Positions 23,660 through 37,278 are shown, counted from the stretch's first letter. The stretch is 64,000 nucleotides of DNA from Chiloscyllium plagiosum (GCF_004010195.1 NC_057719.1:45302423-45366422), one strand, 5' to 3'. Notes: generated from the sequence alone by a model not told the origin. Numbers and translations are program-made.

Positions 23660-25240
23660 AGTTTTGAGAGTGTTGTGCTGGAAAAACACAGCAGGTCAGG
23701 CAGCTTTCGAGGAGCAGGAGAATTGACATTTCAGGCATAAGCCCTTCATCAGAATACAATAGGTATATGAAGATGGGGGAGAAGATGAAGGGTAAGAGAG
23801 GAGGGTGGAGCAGATAGATGGAAAGGACAATGGACAGGTCAAGAGGGCGGTGCCGAGTTGGAGGCTTGGGACTAGGATAACGGGGGTGGGGAAATGAGGA
23901 AACTGGTGAAATCCACATTAATCCCGTATGGTTGCAGAGTCCCAAGGCAGAAGATGAGGCGTTCTTCCTCCAGGCAATGGAGGTGGTCCAGGACCTGCAA
24001 ATCCTTGGTGGAGGGGGAGGGGGAGTTAAAGTGTTCAGCCACAGGGTAGTGGGGTTGCTTGGTGCAGGTGTCCCAGAGATGTTCTCTGAAACGGTCCACA
24101 AGTTGGCGTCCTGTCTCCCTGATGTAGAGGAGACCACATCGAGTGCAACAGATACAGTAGATGACATGTGTAGAAAAACAGGCAAATTTTTGTCAGATGT
24201 GGAAAGATGTGGAAAGTGCCTTGGATGGAGGTGAGGGGGGAGGTGTGGGTGCATATTTTGCAATTCTTGCGATGGCAGGTGAAGGTGCTGGGAGTGGGGT
24301 ATGTGCTGGTTGGGGGCGTGGATTTGACAAAGGAGTCGTGGAGGGAATGGTCTCACCAAAACACTGACAGGGTTGTGGAGGGAAATATATCTTTAGTGGT
24401 GGGGTGTGTTTGCAGGTGGCAGAAGTGGCGGAGGGTGATGCGATGTATATGGAGATTGGTGGGGTGGAAAGTGAGGACTGGGGGATTCTGTCCTCGTTGT
24501 GTTGAGAGGGGTTCAAGGGCAGAGGTGCGGGAAGTGAAGGAGATGCGCTGGAGGGCCCCAAAGGTTCCTTCTACATCTGACTGAAATTTACCTGTACTTC
24601 CACAAATGTCATCTACTGTATCCATTGCATGCAATGTGGTCTCCTCTGCATTGGGGAGACAGGATGCCAACTTGCTGATCATTTCAGAGAACATCTCTGG
24701 GATACCCGCACCAACCAATCCCCACCGTCCTGTGGCTGAACACTTTAACTCCCCCTCCCATTCCACCAAGGACATGCAGGTCTTGGGCCACCTCCATCGC
24801 CAAACCCTAATCACCCAATGCCTGGAGGAAGAATGCCTCATCTTCTGCCTTGGGACAGCGGAACCACATGGGATTCATGTGGATTTCATCGGTTTCCTCA
24901 TTTCCCCTCCTCCCCATCCTAGTCCCAAGCCTCCAACTCAGCACCGCCCTCTTGACTTGTCCATTGTCCTTTCCACCTATCCACTCCACCTTCCTCTTCC
25001 ACCTATCATCTTCGCCCCTACCTTCATCTACCTATCGCATTCTCAGCTACCACCCGCCAGGCCCAACCCCTCGCATTTATCTCTCAGTCCCTCTGGCCCA
25101 CAAGCCTAATTCTTGATGAAGGGCTTATGCCTGAAACATCGATTCTCCTGCTCCTTGGATGCTGCCTGACCAGCTGTGCTTTTCTAGCACCCCACTCTCA
25201 ACTCTGATCTCCAGCATCTGTAGTTCTCACTTTCTCCCTG
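23660..25240. mobile_element. Penelope-like element: two inverted 3' fragments with GIY-YIG endonuclease C-terminus and pseudo-LTR
   Basis: PVAEHFNSPSHSTKDMQVLG...LEEECLIFCLGT..PHGIHVDF on plus (24606-25109) and the same motif on minus (23872-24099); junction at about 24555. Confidence 0.85.
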
Positions 25241-25454
25241 TTTAACTGTGTTACTTTATTACATTTCCGTTTAATGTTTACTGTAAACAGTATTTCAAAA
25301 CTTTATTTCCTTTCTCTACATTTCACACCTGCCATCTGCCAAAGAGGCTTCAGTCTTGTGAAGAATGGTGTGACAAGGATAAAGCATAAACATAGTAATG
25401 TAGGAATAGGAGGAGACCATTTGGCCCTTTGAGTTTGCTCCATCATTTGAACTG

Positions 25455-25640
25455 AATTGACTTCAATTAACTTTATTGTCGCATGTACTCAAATGAGTAT
25501 ATTGAAAAGTTTATCGTCGCCATAATTCTATTCATGCTTTGGTTGTGGTCTCAGCTGCACTCTCCTGTCAGTGGGAGGGATGGTTTGCTGGCTGTGGGAT
25601 TGCTTTATTCTGGGGAGTTGGAGAACTCAGCATCTTTGTG
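25455..25640 (-). mobile_element. 3' tail of the same retroelement family as 640-930
   Basis: Reverse complement reads ATGGCGACGATAAACTTTTCAAT..TTTGAGTACATGCGACAATAAAG. Confidence 0.5.
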
Positions 25641-26244
25641 TAGGATAGTTGGTGTGCCTCAGATTAACATCCCAAACATTGGCAGCAGTTATGTAAGCTG
25701 CCACAGATGTCTTCAGTATATCAGACTTCTCCTTCCTGTTCCACTTCTCCTTTTGCCCCTCATCCTCTGAAAATGTAGAATGGTCATCATTTCCCTTCTG
25801 CTGAAGCTCCAGCCTCATTGCAGTCATGCTGGTGCACCTTGAAGGATGTCTGAATCTGATCCTCAATTTTGTGACTTCTTGTCCCAATACTGTACACTAC
25901 TTGTGTTCACATGATTTCTGCTGTACTTTACTTGAGCATCAGTGGTAGGTCTTCTGACAGCTACCATCAGCTGTATCTTCAGACAGCAGCTCTTTCCAAG
26001 GAGGAGGCTGCTGGTCTTGCTAGTATAGCTCTTGTCATTGTTCCTGCTACTCCCCTTGTTCCTCAGCAGGGGTCCAAAGGAAAAGCTGACGGGTGGAAAG
26101 TGCAGATCAAGGACAAAGACTGCATAATAGCAGAAGTGGTCTCCCAAGTCTTAAAAACATCTGCAAAACTGTGAAAGCACAATCTAAGAACAGGTCCTGT
26201 AAGCATAAGCCTTTAAGAATCATACAGACATACTGCGCAGAAAA

Positions 26245-27470
26245 AAAAATCCAAAAATATACTTTATTCATAAAAATATCTTTGTGTACAGACACTAAAA
26301 TAGCTTGGCTCTGTACAAAAGCATATGAAGAAATAAACAAACAATGAATCTTTGGAGTTTGATTATATCCAAGAAACAAACCCTTGGCATTTCTTCTTGG
26401 TACAAGACTATATTTACATATATTTGGCCAGATCTACATCATGTACAACAACAGAGACAGTGCCTCTCACCTGATGACCAAGTTTTTACCTGCAAATGGA
26501 GAGGAAGCAGTGCTCGCAAAAGCCCAGTTTCTGCCTCACCTTGGGCAATGTGCTCCTCCCAAGAGTCTGCGCTTGCCCCAGCCCTTCCAAACCATTTTCC
26601 CAGCACCTTCAGGTAATCTCTCCCAACAGTGAAGGATCGGTTGTCTGAGTTCCCAAAGAACACGGCCTCACTTTTACTTTGGCTCCCAAGACCAGTTTGA
26701 ACTGGTCGCAGATGCTCATGGTTTTATACACTGTCAACAGATCTGGACAAAAAATATTGACGTCATCCATGTACAGGGAGGCTTTCACCTACAGCTTCCA
26801 CTGCTTGGAATTTTCGTCACTCTCAGGCTCGCATCCTCCCTGATGGACTCAGCAAAAGGCTCTATACAACACACAAAGAAGGAAGGAGAGATTGGACAGC
26901 CCTGCTGGGCTCCTGATCTGATCAGGAAGCTTTCTGATTCCCACTCATTGATTGAGACAGCACTAACCATGTTGGTGTAGACCAGTCAGACCTAATTGCT
27001 AACTCCCTCCCCAAAGCACATTTTGGAGAGTACGCCCTATATGTAGGTTTGCGATATCCTTTCAAAGGCCTTCTCCTGGTCCAGGCTAATGTGGTAGGTG
27101 TCGACCCCCATGTCTTGTACATAGGCAATTGTATCCCTGAGGAGTGTGGGGCTATCAGAGATCATCCTACCGGTACAGTACAAGTTTGATTTGGTGAATC
27201 ACCGATTCCAGAGCAGACCTGACCTGGTTGGCGATGACCTTAAACAGGATTTTGTAATTTGCATTCAGCAGTGAAATTGATTGCCAATTTATAATTTCCT
27301 CCCTCTCATCCTTCCACTTGTAGATGAGGGTGATGATACCTTTCCTCATGGATTCACACATGCTACCTGTCAGAAGCATACTGCCATACACCTCCAGCAG
27401 GTCCTGCCCAATCAAGTCCCACAGAACTGAATACAACTCGGCTGGTAAGCTGTTACTTCCAGTTTAACTC
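26245..27470 (-). mobile_element. Tx1/L1-clade LINE fragment (RT, C-terminus and 3' UTR; internally deleted)
   Basis: KGIITLIYK..NWQSISLLNANYKIL, SGAQQGCPISP and SLYMDDV motifs; AATAAA near 26262. Confidence 0.8.
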
Positions 27471-27479
27471 TCTGCTCTT

Positions 27480-28893
27480 CCACATGAGTTCCACAACAAA
27501 CCCACATGGTCACTGGCCACTGCATTTGTTTAGCCACCTTTTGAAAATGTTTTTACATCCTTCTCATCATATTGTGGCATGCTTGAATATATTTAAACAG
27601 TTTCTCACCAGGCCTTTGGCTACCATGGGTTTGCTCATCCTCACATCCTCACTCAGCTTACCTTCAGCCTTCAGCTACATCCTTTTAAGGTAACTTTCCT
27701 GTCTAAATGTCAATTTCTGAAGTTCAAACTCCCTCTCCTTTTCTCATTCTTCTTTTTCTTGTTCTTTCTCTTCTCCTTTCTCTGTCTCTCTTTTTGTTCA
27801 GCTAAAACAACGTTCTTTTTCTCTTTCCTCTGCTTTTAATCGTAATTCAAACATTTCATTTCTTTTGCTCTTTCCTTGTCATTTGACTCTAGCTGCTTCA
27901 TTTTCAATTCAACTTTAGCCATCTCTAGCAAATTTAAATGCTGAGCTATTGCTGTAATTATCTCTCCTTTCTTACAGAAGGAGGCAGCTTGAACCCCAGC
28001 TTGTCTGCTAATTCCAACAGCTTCGCCGTAATCACCTTTTGCAAAACTCCCAAAGCCACTTCTTCCACCCCCAGAACACTCTTGGTGACTGAAAGAGCCA
28101 TTGCTATCCCACACACTGTTTAAACCAACAAATTCAACACCTGGAAAAAAAGACACTACCACCTACTATTTGCTGCCTTTGAGTCCAGCAACCCTAATCC
28201 GAAATTGGAACTAGAGAACAAATCCCGCAAAGAGCCCCCAATCTGTTATGGACCAGGCCAGACTGCCTCAAACACTTGAAGAAAGTAGCACAGATGCTAA
28301 CTTTGCCAATTGTTTTCATTAGGTATACAGCAGATATTCCAGGAGTGATGCAACTGGTCAAACCACTTAGTTTTAAACAAAACAGAATTTATTTATAAGA
28401 TTACCGAATGAAACACAAAGAGAACAGAATATGGAATAACAGCATATGTGAAAACCCAACAGATTATCCCAATTTAATGATGCTGTTCCAAACACTTGCA
28501 ACAATCCCCATAAATTCATTTTGCAAAAAAAGGAAAATTGACCCTAGCTGCTTCATTTTCAAAAGGAAGGTTCTTACAGGAGAGATGTCAGACAGAGGAA
28601 GGATCAGCATGGGCCTGCTTCATTGGGTCCAACAGCTTCAAAACTCGGCTTGCTAAAACCGAACCAAACCAGAGAAAAGCTGAGCTGGGAGAACTGGCCA
28701 CTCTCCTTTCATTGTATAAGTGTTTTTTTTTTTTAAACTTGAAAGCCTTTTTCCTGAGGCAGTATCTGTTAGCTATAATCAAATTGGCTTTAAACAAATC
28801 TAAACCAGACCTTTTGGAATCACTGCTTTTATGACCTCTCTGAAAAAGAAGACAAGGACAGCATAACCTTGTCAAAGGAGCAGCATCGTTACA
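27480..28893 (-). mobile_element. Gypsy (Gmr1-like) element 5' portion: 650-nt LTR (28244-28893), tRNA-Pro PBS (28220-28240), decayed gag
   Basis: TGT...ACA LTR ends; on minus, TGGGGGCTCTTTGCGGGATTT follows the LTR; gag has an E/K/R coiled coil and FQKVAKQMQWP..W. Confidence 0.8.
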
Positions 28894-29147
28894 CTCTTCA
28901 GCAGCGTCCCTTCTTCCCTTCTATGCCAGATCAAATCTTCCAATGTCCTTTGAGTATTCCTAACCTGAGTATTCCAGAACTAATAAAGGGCAGCTGAAAG
29001 ACTTCATTGAGCATTCTGGGAGAAGTCAGCACAGTCACCATGGTCGAGCAGCAGAGTGAGGAAGAACTCAGTGTCAAAGAACAGTAATGGAACATTGTAA
29101 GTAATGCTTCTGTGATTACGTCAGGCTATGGCTTAACTTGGTAAAAG

Positions 29148-29275
29148 AGTCTAGATTAGAGTGGTGCTGGAAAAGCACAGCAGGTCAGGCAGCATCCAAG
29201 GAGCAGGAAAATCGACGTTTCGGGCAAAAGCTCTTCATCAGGAATAGAGGCAGGGTGCCTGCAGAGTGGAGAGGT
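29148..29275 (-). mobile_element. Penelope terminal fragment with hammerhead-like core (29214-29241)
   Basis: Minus strand CTGATGA-A-GAGC-TTTT-GCCC-GAAAC-GTC. Confidence 0.75.
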
Positions 29276-29409
29276 GGCATAACTAGTCTGGGGTACAGAA
29301 CTCTCAATTGTGACACAATTGGCCAAGATATTAATAAAGACGAAATTGGAGGGTAAATAGGACCATATGTGCCGTTGAAATTTCCAGTGGCTTAGGTGAT
29401 GTCAAATAG

Positions 29410-31130
29410 TCATAGAACGTAGATCATAGAATGTTACAGTGCAGTACAGGCCGTTTGGCCCTCGATGTTGCACTGACCTGTGAAAATAATCTGATGCCCA
29501 TCTAACCGACAGCTATCCATTATTATCCATATGTATATCCAATGCCCTTGATGTTGGCGGTGAGTCGACTACACATCCCTACCTCACTCAGTGAAGAAAC
29601 TACCACTGATATCTGTCCTAAATCTATCACCCCTTAGTTTAAAGCTATGTCCCCTTGTGTTAGCCTTCACCATCCGAGGAAAAAGGCTTCCACTGCCCAC
29701 TCTATCTAACCCTCTGATTATCTTATACTCTTGATTAATTCACCTCTCAACCTCCTTCTCTCCAACAAAAACAGCCTCAGTTACCTCAGCTTTTCCTTGT
29801 AACACCTCTCTTTCATACCAGGTAACATCTTAGTAAATATTCTCTGAATCCTTTCCAAAGCTGCCACATCCTTCCTATAATGAGGTGACCAGAACTGCAT
29901 GCAATACTCAAGCCATGGCCTTACCAGTGTCTTGTACAGCTGAAGCATGACCTTGTGGCTCCGAAGCTCAATCCCCCTACCAATAAACGCCAACACACCA
30001 TATTCCTTCTTAACAACCCTATCAACCTGGCATTTATGCACCTGGACACTGAGATCTCTCTGTTCATCTACACTGCCAAGAATTTTACCATTAGCCCAGT
30101 ACTCTTAATTCCTGTTATTTCTTCCGAAGTGAACTATCTCACACTTTTCTGCATTAAACTCCATTTACCACTTCACAGCCCAGTTCTGCACCTTATCTAT
30201 GTCTCTCTGTAACCCACAACATTCTTCGGCACTATTCACAACTCTGACTACCTTAGTGTCATCCGCAAATTTACTAACCAATCCTTCTACACCCACATCC
30301 AGATCATTTATAAAAATGACAAACAGCAGTGGCCCCAAAATAGATCCTTGTGGCACACCACTGATAACTGAGCTCCAGGATGAGCATTTCCCATCAATCA
30401 GCATCCCGTCCAACTTTCAGTTAGCCAATTTCCGAATCACCTTCAATTCCGAAACTCCATATTTTGTGCAATAGTCTATCGTGTGGTACCTTATCAAATG
30501 CCTTACTGAAGTCCATTTATACAACATCAATTACCTTCATCCACCTGTTTTGTCACCTTCTTGAAGAACTCAATAAGGTTAGTGAGGCACGACCTACCCT
30601 GCACAAAACCATGTTGACTATCCATAATCAATTTATTCCTTTCCAGATGATTATAAATCCTATCTCTTACAACCTTTTCCAACACCTTACCCACAACTGA
30701 AGCTAGGCTAACTAGTCTATAATTACCAAGATTGTCCTGACTCTCCTTCTTAAACAAGGATATGTTTGCTATCATCCGGTCTTCTGGCACTACTCCTGTT
30801 GACAATGATGACATAAGGGTCAAAGCAAAAGGTTCTGTAATCTCCTCCCTGGCTTCCCAGAGAATCTGAGGATAAATTCTATCTGGCCCAAGGGTCTTAT
30901 CTATTTTCAGATCTGCCAAAATTTCTAAAGCCTCCCCTTTGTCAGCCTGAATCCCATCTAATCTTGTAGCCTGGATCTCCGTATTCTCACTAACATTGTC
31001 CTTTTCCAATGTGAATACTCACAAAAAGTATTCATTAAGCGCTTCCCCTATGTCCTTAGATTCCACACACAACTTTCCACTATTGTCTTTGATTGGCCCT
31101 AATCTTACTCTAGTCATTCTTTTATTCAGT
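29410..31130 (-). mobile_element. CR1 LINE, 5'-truncated
   Basis: SQHGFVQGRSCLTNLIEFF, SGVPQGSILGPLLFVIFINDL, SKFADDTK, LYKTLVRPWLEYCMQFWSP; (TTCTATGA)-like tail. Confidence 0.92.
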
Positions 31131-31164
31131 TTGGTTTTATTCCTTTTATCATATTTTGAAGCTG

Positions 31165-31316
31165 TTTAAGACAGCTGAATGGTTTGCTAAGCCATTTCAG
31201 AGGGCAAGTTAAGAGTCGACTGTATTGCTGAAACTCTGGAGTCATATGGAGGTCAGACAAGGTGAGGATGGCAGATTTTTCTTTCCACCAGGTATTTGTG
31301 AATCCAGTGGGCTTTT
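31165..31316 (-). mobile_element. 3' half of a DeuSINE-like element split by the L1
   Basis: Reverse complement contains GACTCCAGAG..CAGCAAT...GACTCTTAACTTGCCCTCTGAAATGG. Confidence 0.65.
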
Positions 31317-34300
31317 TCTATATCAATATTTTTATTGAGAACCTTTTTAACTCTTTTACAAAACATTTACATACAAAAAAGAAGAATAACACCATCAAAA
31401 CAGAAAAAAGGCAGTTCAAGAAAAGGCCATAACACAGTACCATTGTTAACAAATGACCCACTATTCTACCAGAGCAAGCATATCTACTTAAACTAAACTA
31501 CAAACACATTAAATAAATACTAACTTAAACTAAATTCAAATAATTTATATTAGATTACAGAGTGGAAACAGGCTCTTCAGCCCAACAGGCTCTTCTATCT
31601 CACTCATCACACTTCCACCGAGGCTCCCATCCCTGGGAGCACCATCTACAGTACCCATATTCTTTTTCCCCCAGTCTCCTCTTCCTGGATCCCCACAAGC
31701 ATGCATACTGATTCCCATGGTTATACCACAGCCCTGCTTAATATTGCTGATAAGTCAGCCTCTATATAATTTAAAAAGGGTTGCCATGTCTTGTAAAACT
31801 GTCCTGTTTTATGGTGCACCATATTTGTGAGGTAGTCTTGGGGGAGATGCTCCATCAGCAAGCTACGCTACCCCATAAGACCTGGTGGATTTTCTGATGT
31901 CCAGTTCACCAGAATGTTCTTCCTCGCACAGTGGGTAAGAATATTACACAATCTCTTCCTGTGTTCCCACGACGAGGGTAAATTTGGCAACCCCAAAAGA
32001 AGAAATACCAGATCCACATTAATTTCAATCCCCAAGATAATCTTTAGCTCCCTTACTATAGCATTCCGGTATCTCTGGATCCTACAACAGGACCAGTAAC
32101 AGTGTGTAAGAGTGCCTACACTAATTTTACATTTGGGACACCCTGATGATACTCCTCTCTTGAACTTAGCTAGCCTCTCTGGCGCCATATGAGCCCTGTC
32201 TAAGATCTTCAGTTGCAAGGCCTGCACTCTGTTATATACTGAGATTTTCCTTACATTTCCCCATATATCCTCCCAGACCTCCGATGAAATATCCTCTCCT
32301 AACTCTAGCTTCCACGTCCTACAGAGTCTTTCCATGTCCGCAAGGCGCAACCTTTCTGTAAATGATATAAAGTATCATTGAGTAAAAGTGCACCTGTACA
32401 CTGGGGTATTCTTTTCTCCACGTCTGATTTGTAACACTGTACCAGGAGCGTGGTCTTCCTCTCTATATAGTCCCTTATCTGGAAATATCGGAAAAGGTCC
32501 CTATTAGACAATCCATATTTCTGACTTAACTGACTAAATGACATCAGGACCTCCCCTTCAAATAAGTCTCCCAGACAGAAGATTCCCTTATTCCCCCATG
32601 CCTTAAAGCCAGAGTCTATTGTCCCGGGTTTAAATCCTTGAGATCCCACCACCAGAGTAAATGGCGAAGTCTTAGACCAATTCCCTCATCTTGCCTCATT
32701 ATCCTCCAGGTTTTTGCCATATTTAAAATAATTGGCCTTTTATACTGCTAAGTCACAGATTTCATCTTGTCCACAAATAATAAATTAATTAAAGGACATC
32801 TCGACTGCGAGGCTTCAATATCAAACCAAATTGACTCCAAATTCCACCGTACCCAGTCACCAAAATATGTTAACAGAACACTTATTTGGTATTTCTTCAA
32901 ATCCAGAAGATCCACCCCTCTCTCAGCCCGCAAAAACTGTAATTTAGTGAATTTAATTAGAGGACGCTTGTGGCACCAAATAAAGGACCCAAGCAAACCA
33001 TTAAGCCTCCATACCACTTGTCTAGGTAACAACAACGGGAACATTCTCATCGGGTACAGTGATTGAGGAAGAAAATTCATCTTAATATGGGCTATTCAGC
33101 CCAACCATGATAATGGTAACCCCTCCCACTGCTGCAAATCCTGTTTTATCCTCTCTAGCAATTGTATATAGTTAGCTTTATAGAGCTGGTGGAAGGAAGG
33201 GGTAATAAAAATTCCCAAATACAAAAAAACCTTGTGGTGATCATGTAAACGGGAATTGCATTCCATCCTTCAGGTTATGCACCTCCACTAATCCCCCCAC
33301 CAGCATGGCTTCCGATTTTGTAAAATTGATCCTGTAACCCAAGAAACCACCATATAAATTAATTGTTTGAATCAGTCAAGGAACAGACTTCTCTGGATTG
33401 GCCAAAAATAAAAAGATGTCGTCAGCATATAGGGTGATCTTATGCTCCCCTTTCACACCTTTGGCATTATTATTTCAGGATCTCTCCTGAAAGTTTTGGC
33501 TAATGGCTCAATCGCCAAGGTAAATAACAGTGATGATAAAGGACACCCCTGTCAGCTACCTCTTTGAATATTAAAGTTATTTGACTTAATACCATTTGTA
33601 ATGACTGCTGCCTTCGGATCATTATACAGTGCTGCCATCCATCTGGCAAATGATTCCCCCAAACCAAAGCGCTCTAAGACCTCAAATAGATACAGCCATT
33701 TTATCTGATCAGCTTCCTTTTCTGCATCTAGGGAGACCACCAAACCTGGAATCAATCTTTGCTGGCATACCTGCACTGCGTACAGTACTCTCCTGATATT
33801 GTTGGAGGAGCTACGGCCTTTAACAAAAGCTGTCTGGTCTTCTTTTATACTATGGGGCAGGACCTTCTCCAACCTCAGAGCCAGCATTTTGGATAAAAGT
33901 TTGAAATCTACATTCAACAGCAAAATTGGTCTGTACGAAGCACATTCTTCGGGGTCCTTCCCTTTCTTTAAAATGAGGGAGATATTAGCCTCCCTAAGAG
34001 AAGGCAGCAGACAATCCTGTGTATATGAATAGCTGTGCATCCCCAGAAGTGGTTCCACTAACATGTTTATGAATTCCTTATAGAATTCAGTTGGGAATCC
34101 ATCTGGCCCCGGTGCTTTGCCACCTTGGAGCTGCCTTATTGCCTCCTGCACTTCCTATACCATTATAGGCACATTCAAAAGGAAAGCCTGCTCCGTACTT
34201 ATGTTGGTGGGGGAGGGGGGGGGTCCTATTGTACCCTGTTCGCCCCCTCTGACCAATATAACTCTGCAAAGTATTCCCGAAACCTAACATTAATCTTCTT

Positions 34301-37103
34301 CAACTCATGGGTAATCGTACCAGCCTTCTCCCTAACAGACGTAATAGTTTGGGAAGCTTTTTTCCTTCTAGTCAAATATGCCAGATATCTACCAGGCTTG
34401 TCTCTAAATTCAAACAGTCTTTACTTGGCAAAGAAGACCTTTTTTTTAGCCACTAGCGCGTGCATTGAGTTGAGAGCAGCCCGGAGAGCTGTGACTCACT
34501 GAAGCTTAACCGATGACGGCCTATTATAATATGTTTTCTCAGCTATCTTCAGTCGGGCCTCCAGCATCTGTTGCTGCTCCCCCCTCTGCCTCTTTCTAGT
34601 CGTCGAATATGAAATGACCAGACTTCGTAAATATGCCTTTGTGGCCTCCCAAAGCATTGCCAGATTACTAGCCGTACCTGAATTGATATCCCAAAAGGCC
34701 CTGAACTCTCTTGTAATATATTCAACAAATTTACTAGCCCCTAACAAAAATGGATCCACGCGTTAGTGATGTGCATCCATTCCACTACCCTTGATTTTAA
34801 CATCTAAATACACTGGCGCATGATCCGAAACAGCTATATTCCCAATTTTGCACGCCAATGTTCTATCCATAAAACATATGTCAACTCGTGTATGGCACTT
34901 GTGTGGGTTGGAATAAAACATGAAGTCTCTTCCATTAGGTAGAGGTACCTCCACACATCCACTAGTCCCAACTCACCTCCACACATGTCCACCAACTGTT
35001 TAGACTGCACTGGCATACCTGTCAGGCCTTTTGGCACCCTGTCAATCTCTGGATCTATTGGGCGATTAAAATTCCCTCCTATAATCAAACAGCAAACCCC
35101 AAGATTAATTAATTTAGCCATTGCATCAATTAGAAATTTAAGAGGGTGCGCCGGGGAACAATATACATTCAAAACACCGTAATCTTTTCCATGTATTAGG
35201 GCTTTAAAAATGATAAACCATCCATGTTCATCCTTAATCCGTTACCTGGAAAGGGAGGTTCCTTCTTATCAGTATAGCCATTCCTCTACTCTTAGAGCTG
35301 AAGGATGAGAAAAATACCCTGTCATAACACCCCTGCTGCAGTTTCAGATGTTCCTTATCAATTAGATGTGTTTCCTGCAGCAGGGCAATGTCCACCCTTT
35401 CCTTCCTGAGACCTAATAAAACATTTTTTCTTTTAATAGAAGAATGGCTCCCTTTTATATTCTAGGTGCACCACCTGAACAAATCACTAGCCGTGGCCAT
35501 CTAGGGAAGCCCATAGTTTCTCAGGAGGAGGGAACTTATCTGAGGCGTGACGAGTTACAAAGATATTAACTTTATGATATCTAAGAACTATTCCAATAAA
35601 ACAACTACAACTAAATAAAAACACAACATTTAACTGAAACAGACACCCAAATACCCCCCTCAAGATCTTCCCCTTTGCCCATAGGGGGCACGCCTCCCAA
35701 TCCTTACTACCATCTTAACTGCCTCTACCTGAGGCCATGCTCTAGCCCCAGTCAATTCACAAATGAAGAAAACCTGTTATTTACATTCTGAAAGTTAACA
35801 ATGGATACCCATCTAACCTCCACTCATCTTAGCCACAGATATAACCACTGCCAATACAAAATCAAGAGAACAGCAGTAAAAAAAAGGAACCCTAGATGAT
35901 ACCCAACAAACCGACATCTAAAATAATTCCAATTTTACAATTTTACAACAAAAATGTACATATAAAACCAATAACTACAAAAATAAAGAAATGGGAGTGG
36001 GAAGTAGAAAGGGGGGTAATAAAAAAAATCCAGACCATTGTCCGCAGTGATGCCCTCACCCCTCCCACCCCGGCTCAGGTCCTTCATTTCAAAGACTTCA
36101 CAAAGTCCTTCGCCTTTTCTGCGGAGTCAAAGTTATATATCGTCCTCCCATGGGTGAAACGCAACACGGCCGGGTACCTCAAGGAGTATTCAATGTTCAG
36201 ATCCCCTAATTCTTTTTTGACATCATCAAATGTCCTCCTCTTCTTAATCAGGGCTCCTATAAAGTCCTGAAAAAACATTATCTTTGGGCCTTTATATCTT
36301 AAAGCTTGTGAATTCCTTCCCAATCTTCTTGCTGTTTCCGCTATTTCTGTATTTTTTCTGTATAATACAGGATCTGCGCGGGGGCGTGGGTCTGGCCTGG
36401 ACCTGCGCATTGCGATCTGGCGGGCCCGCTCCATGCTTACCAGGCCCAACTCTGACTCCAACCCCAGGAACTTCGGGAGCCGTCCCTGCAGAAAGCCGAT
36501 GAGGTCCTCACCTTACTTGCATTCCGGGAGACCCGGAAGTTCTTTGATCCGTAAGTTTTTCCTTTTATTGTTGTTTTCCAGGTCATTGACTTGAAACTGA
36601 AGAATCTGAACCTGGTCTTCCCGAGACGTCCGCCACAGTCTCCGATGCCGCTGTCTTCTCCTCCATTGCCTCCAATCTTCATTCCAGCAGCTGGATTTCC
36701 TGCTCATGCTTTTTTAGCATGGCAGACAGTGGCTCAAATGTTTGGTGAATCCACTCTCGGAGTTTGCCAAACTCCAAGAGTGAATGCAACTGTCCTGCTG
36801 GATCTGAAGGGGCCTTCCCGGGAGACTGAGCACTGGCTACAGGCACTCCCGATGCAGTAGGGGAGTGCGCTTTCTGCTGTGTTCCTTTTGGCTCCTTTCC
36901 TTTACTGGAATTCATCCTGGTCTTAAAGCTGTCCTGGACGATTTCAGCAGCTCCAAGTAGTCAATAAGTTTAAATTAATACTTTTTTCTCCTGGGGGCGG
37001 GGGAGGGGGGTTGATAAGGAGGGGTAGGGATCCACCTTGCCCAGAGGTATGGCACAGAGCCCAGAATAGCAGACCACTCAGACTGCCGCCATCTTGGATC
37101 TCC
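31317..37103 (-). mobile_element. Full-length but inactivated L1 LINE (5' UTR, ORF1 about 36915-36084, ORF2 about 35500-31721, 3' UTR)
   Basis: ORF1 KIMFFQDF..RRTFDDVKKEL..YSLRYPA; endonuclease IALLQETH and SDHAPV; RT KAPGPDGFPTEFYK, YRPILLLNVDFKLLSK, LYADD; C-terminal CPKC..GTLTHCYWSC; AATAAA at 31331-31336; imperfect TSD. Confidence 0.93.
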
Positions 37104-37278
37104 ATCCGGTGGGTTTTGATAACAATGATTCATGATTAGTATTAGATTAGCTGCTAATTCCACATTTGAATTCAAATTCCATCATCTATGGTGGGATTCA
37201 AAGCCATGCTTCCCAGACCATTAGCTTGAGTCTCTAGAATATTTATGAATCAACAATACCACTATGCCACCATCTCCC
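37104..37278 (-). mobile_element. 5' half of the DeuSINE-like element split by the L1
   Basis: Reverse complement begins GGAGATGGTGGCATAGTGGTA (tRNA-like A box) and later TTTGAATCCCACCA (B-box-like). Confidence 0.65.

Noticed and set aside
23655..24359. 234-aa His/Pro-rich ORF
   Set aside because: Off-frame reading of the Penelope fragment
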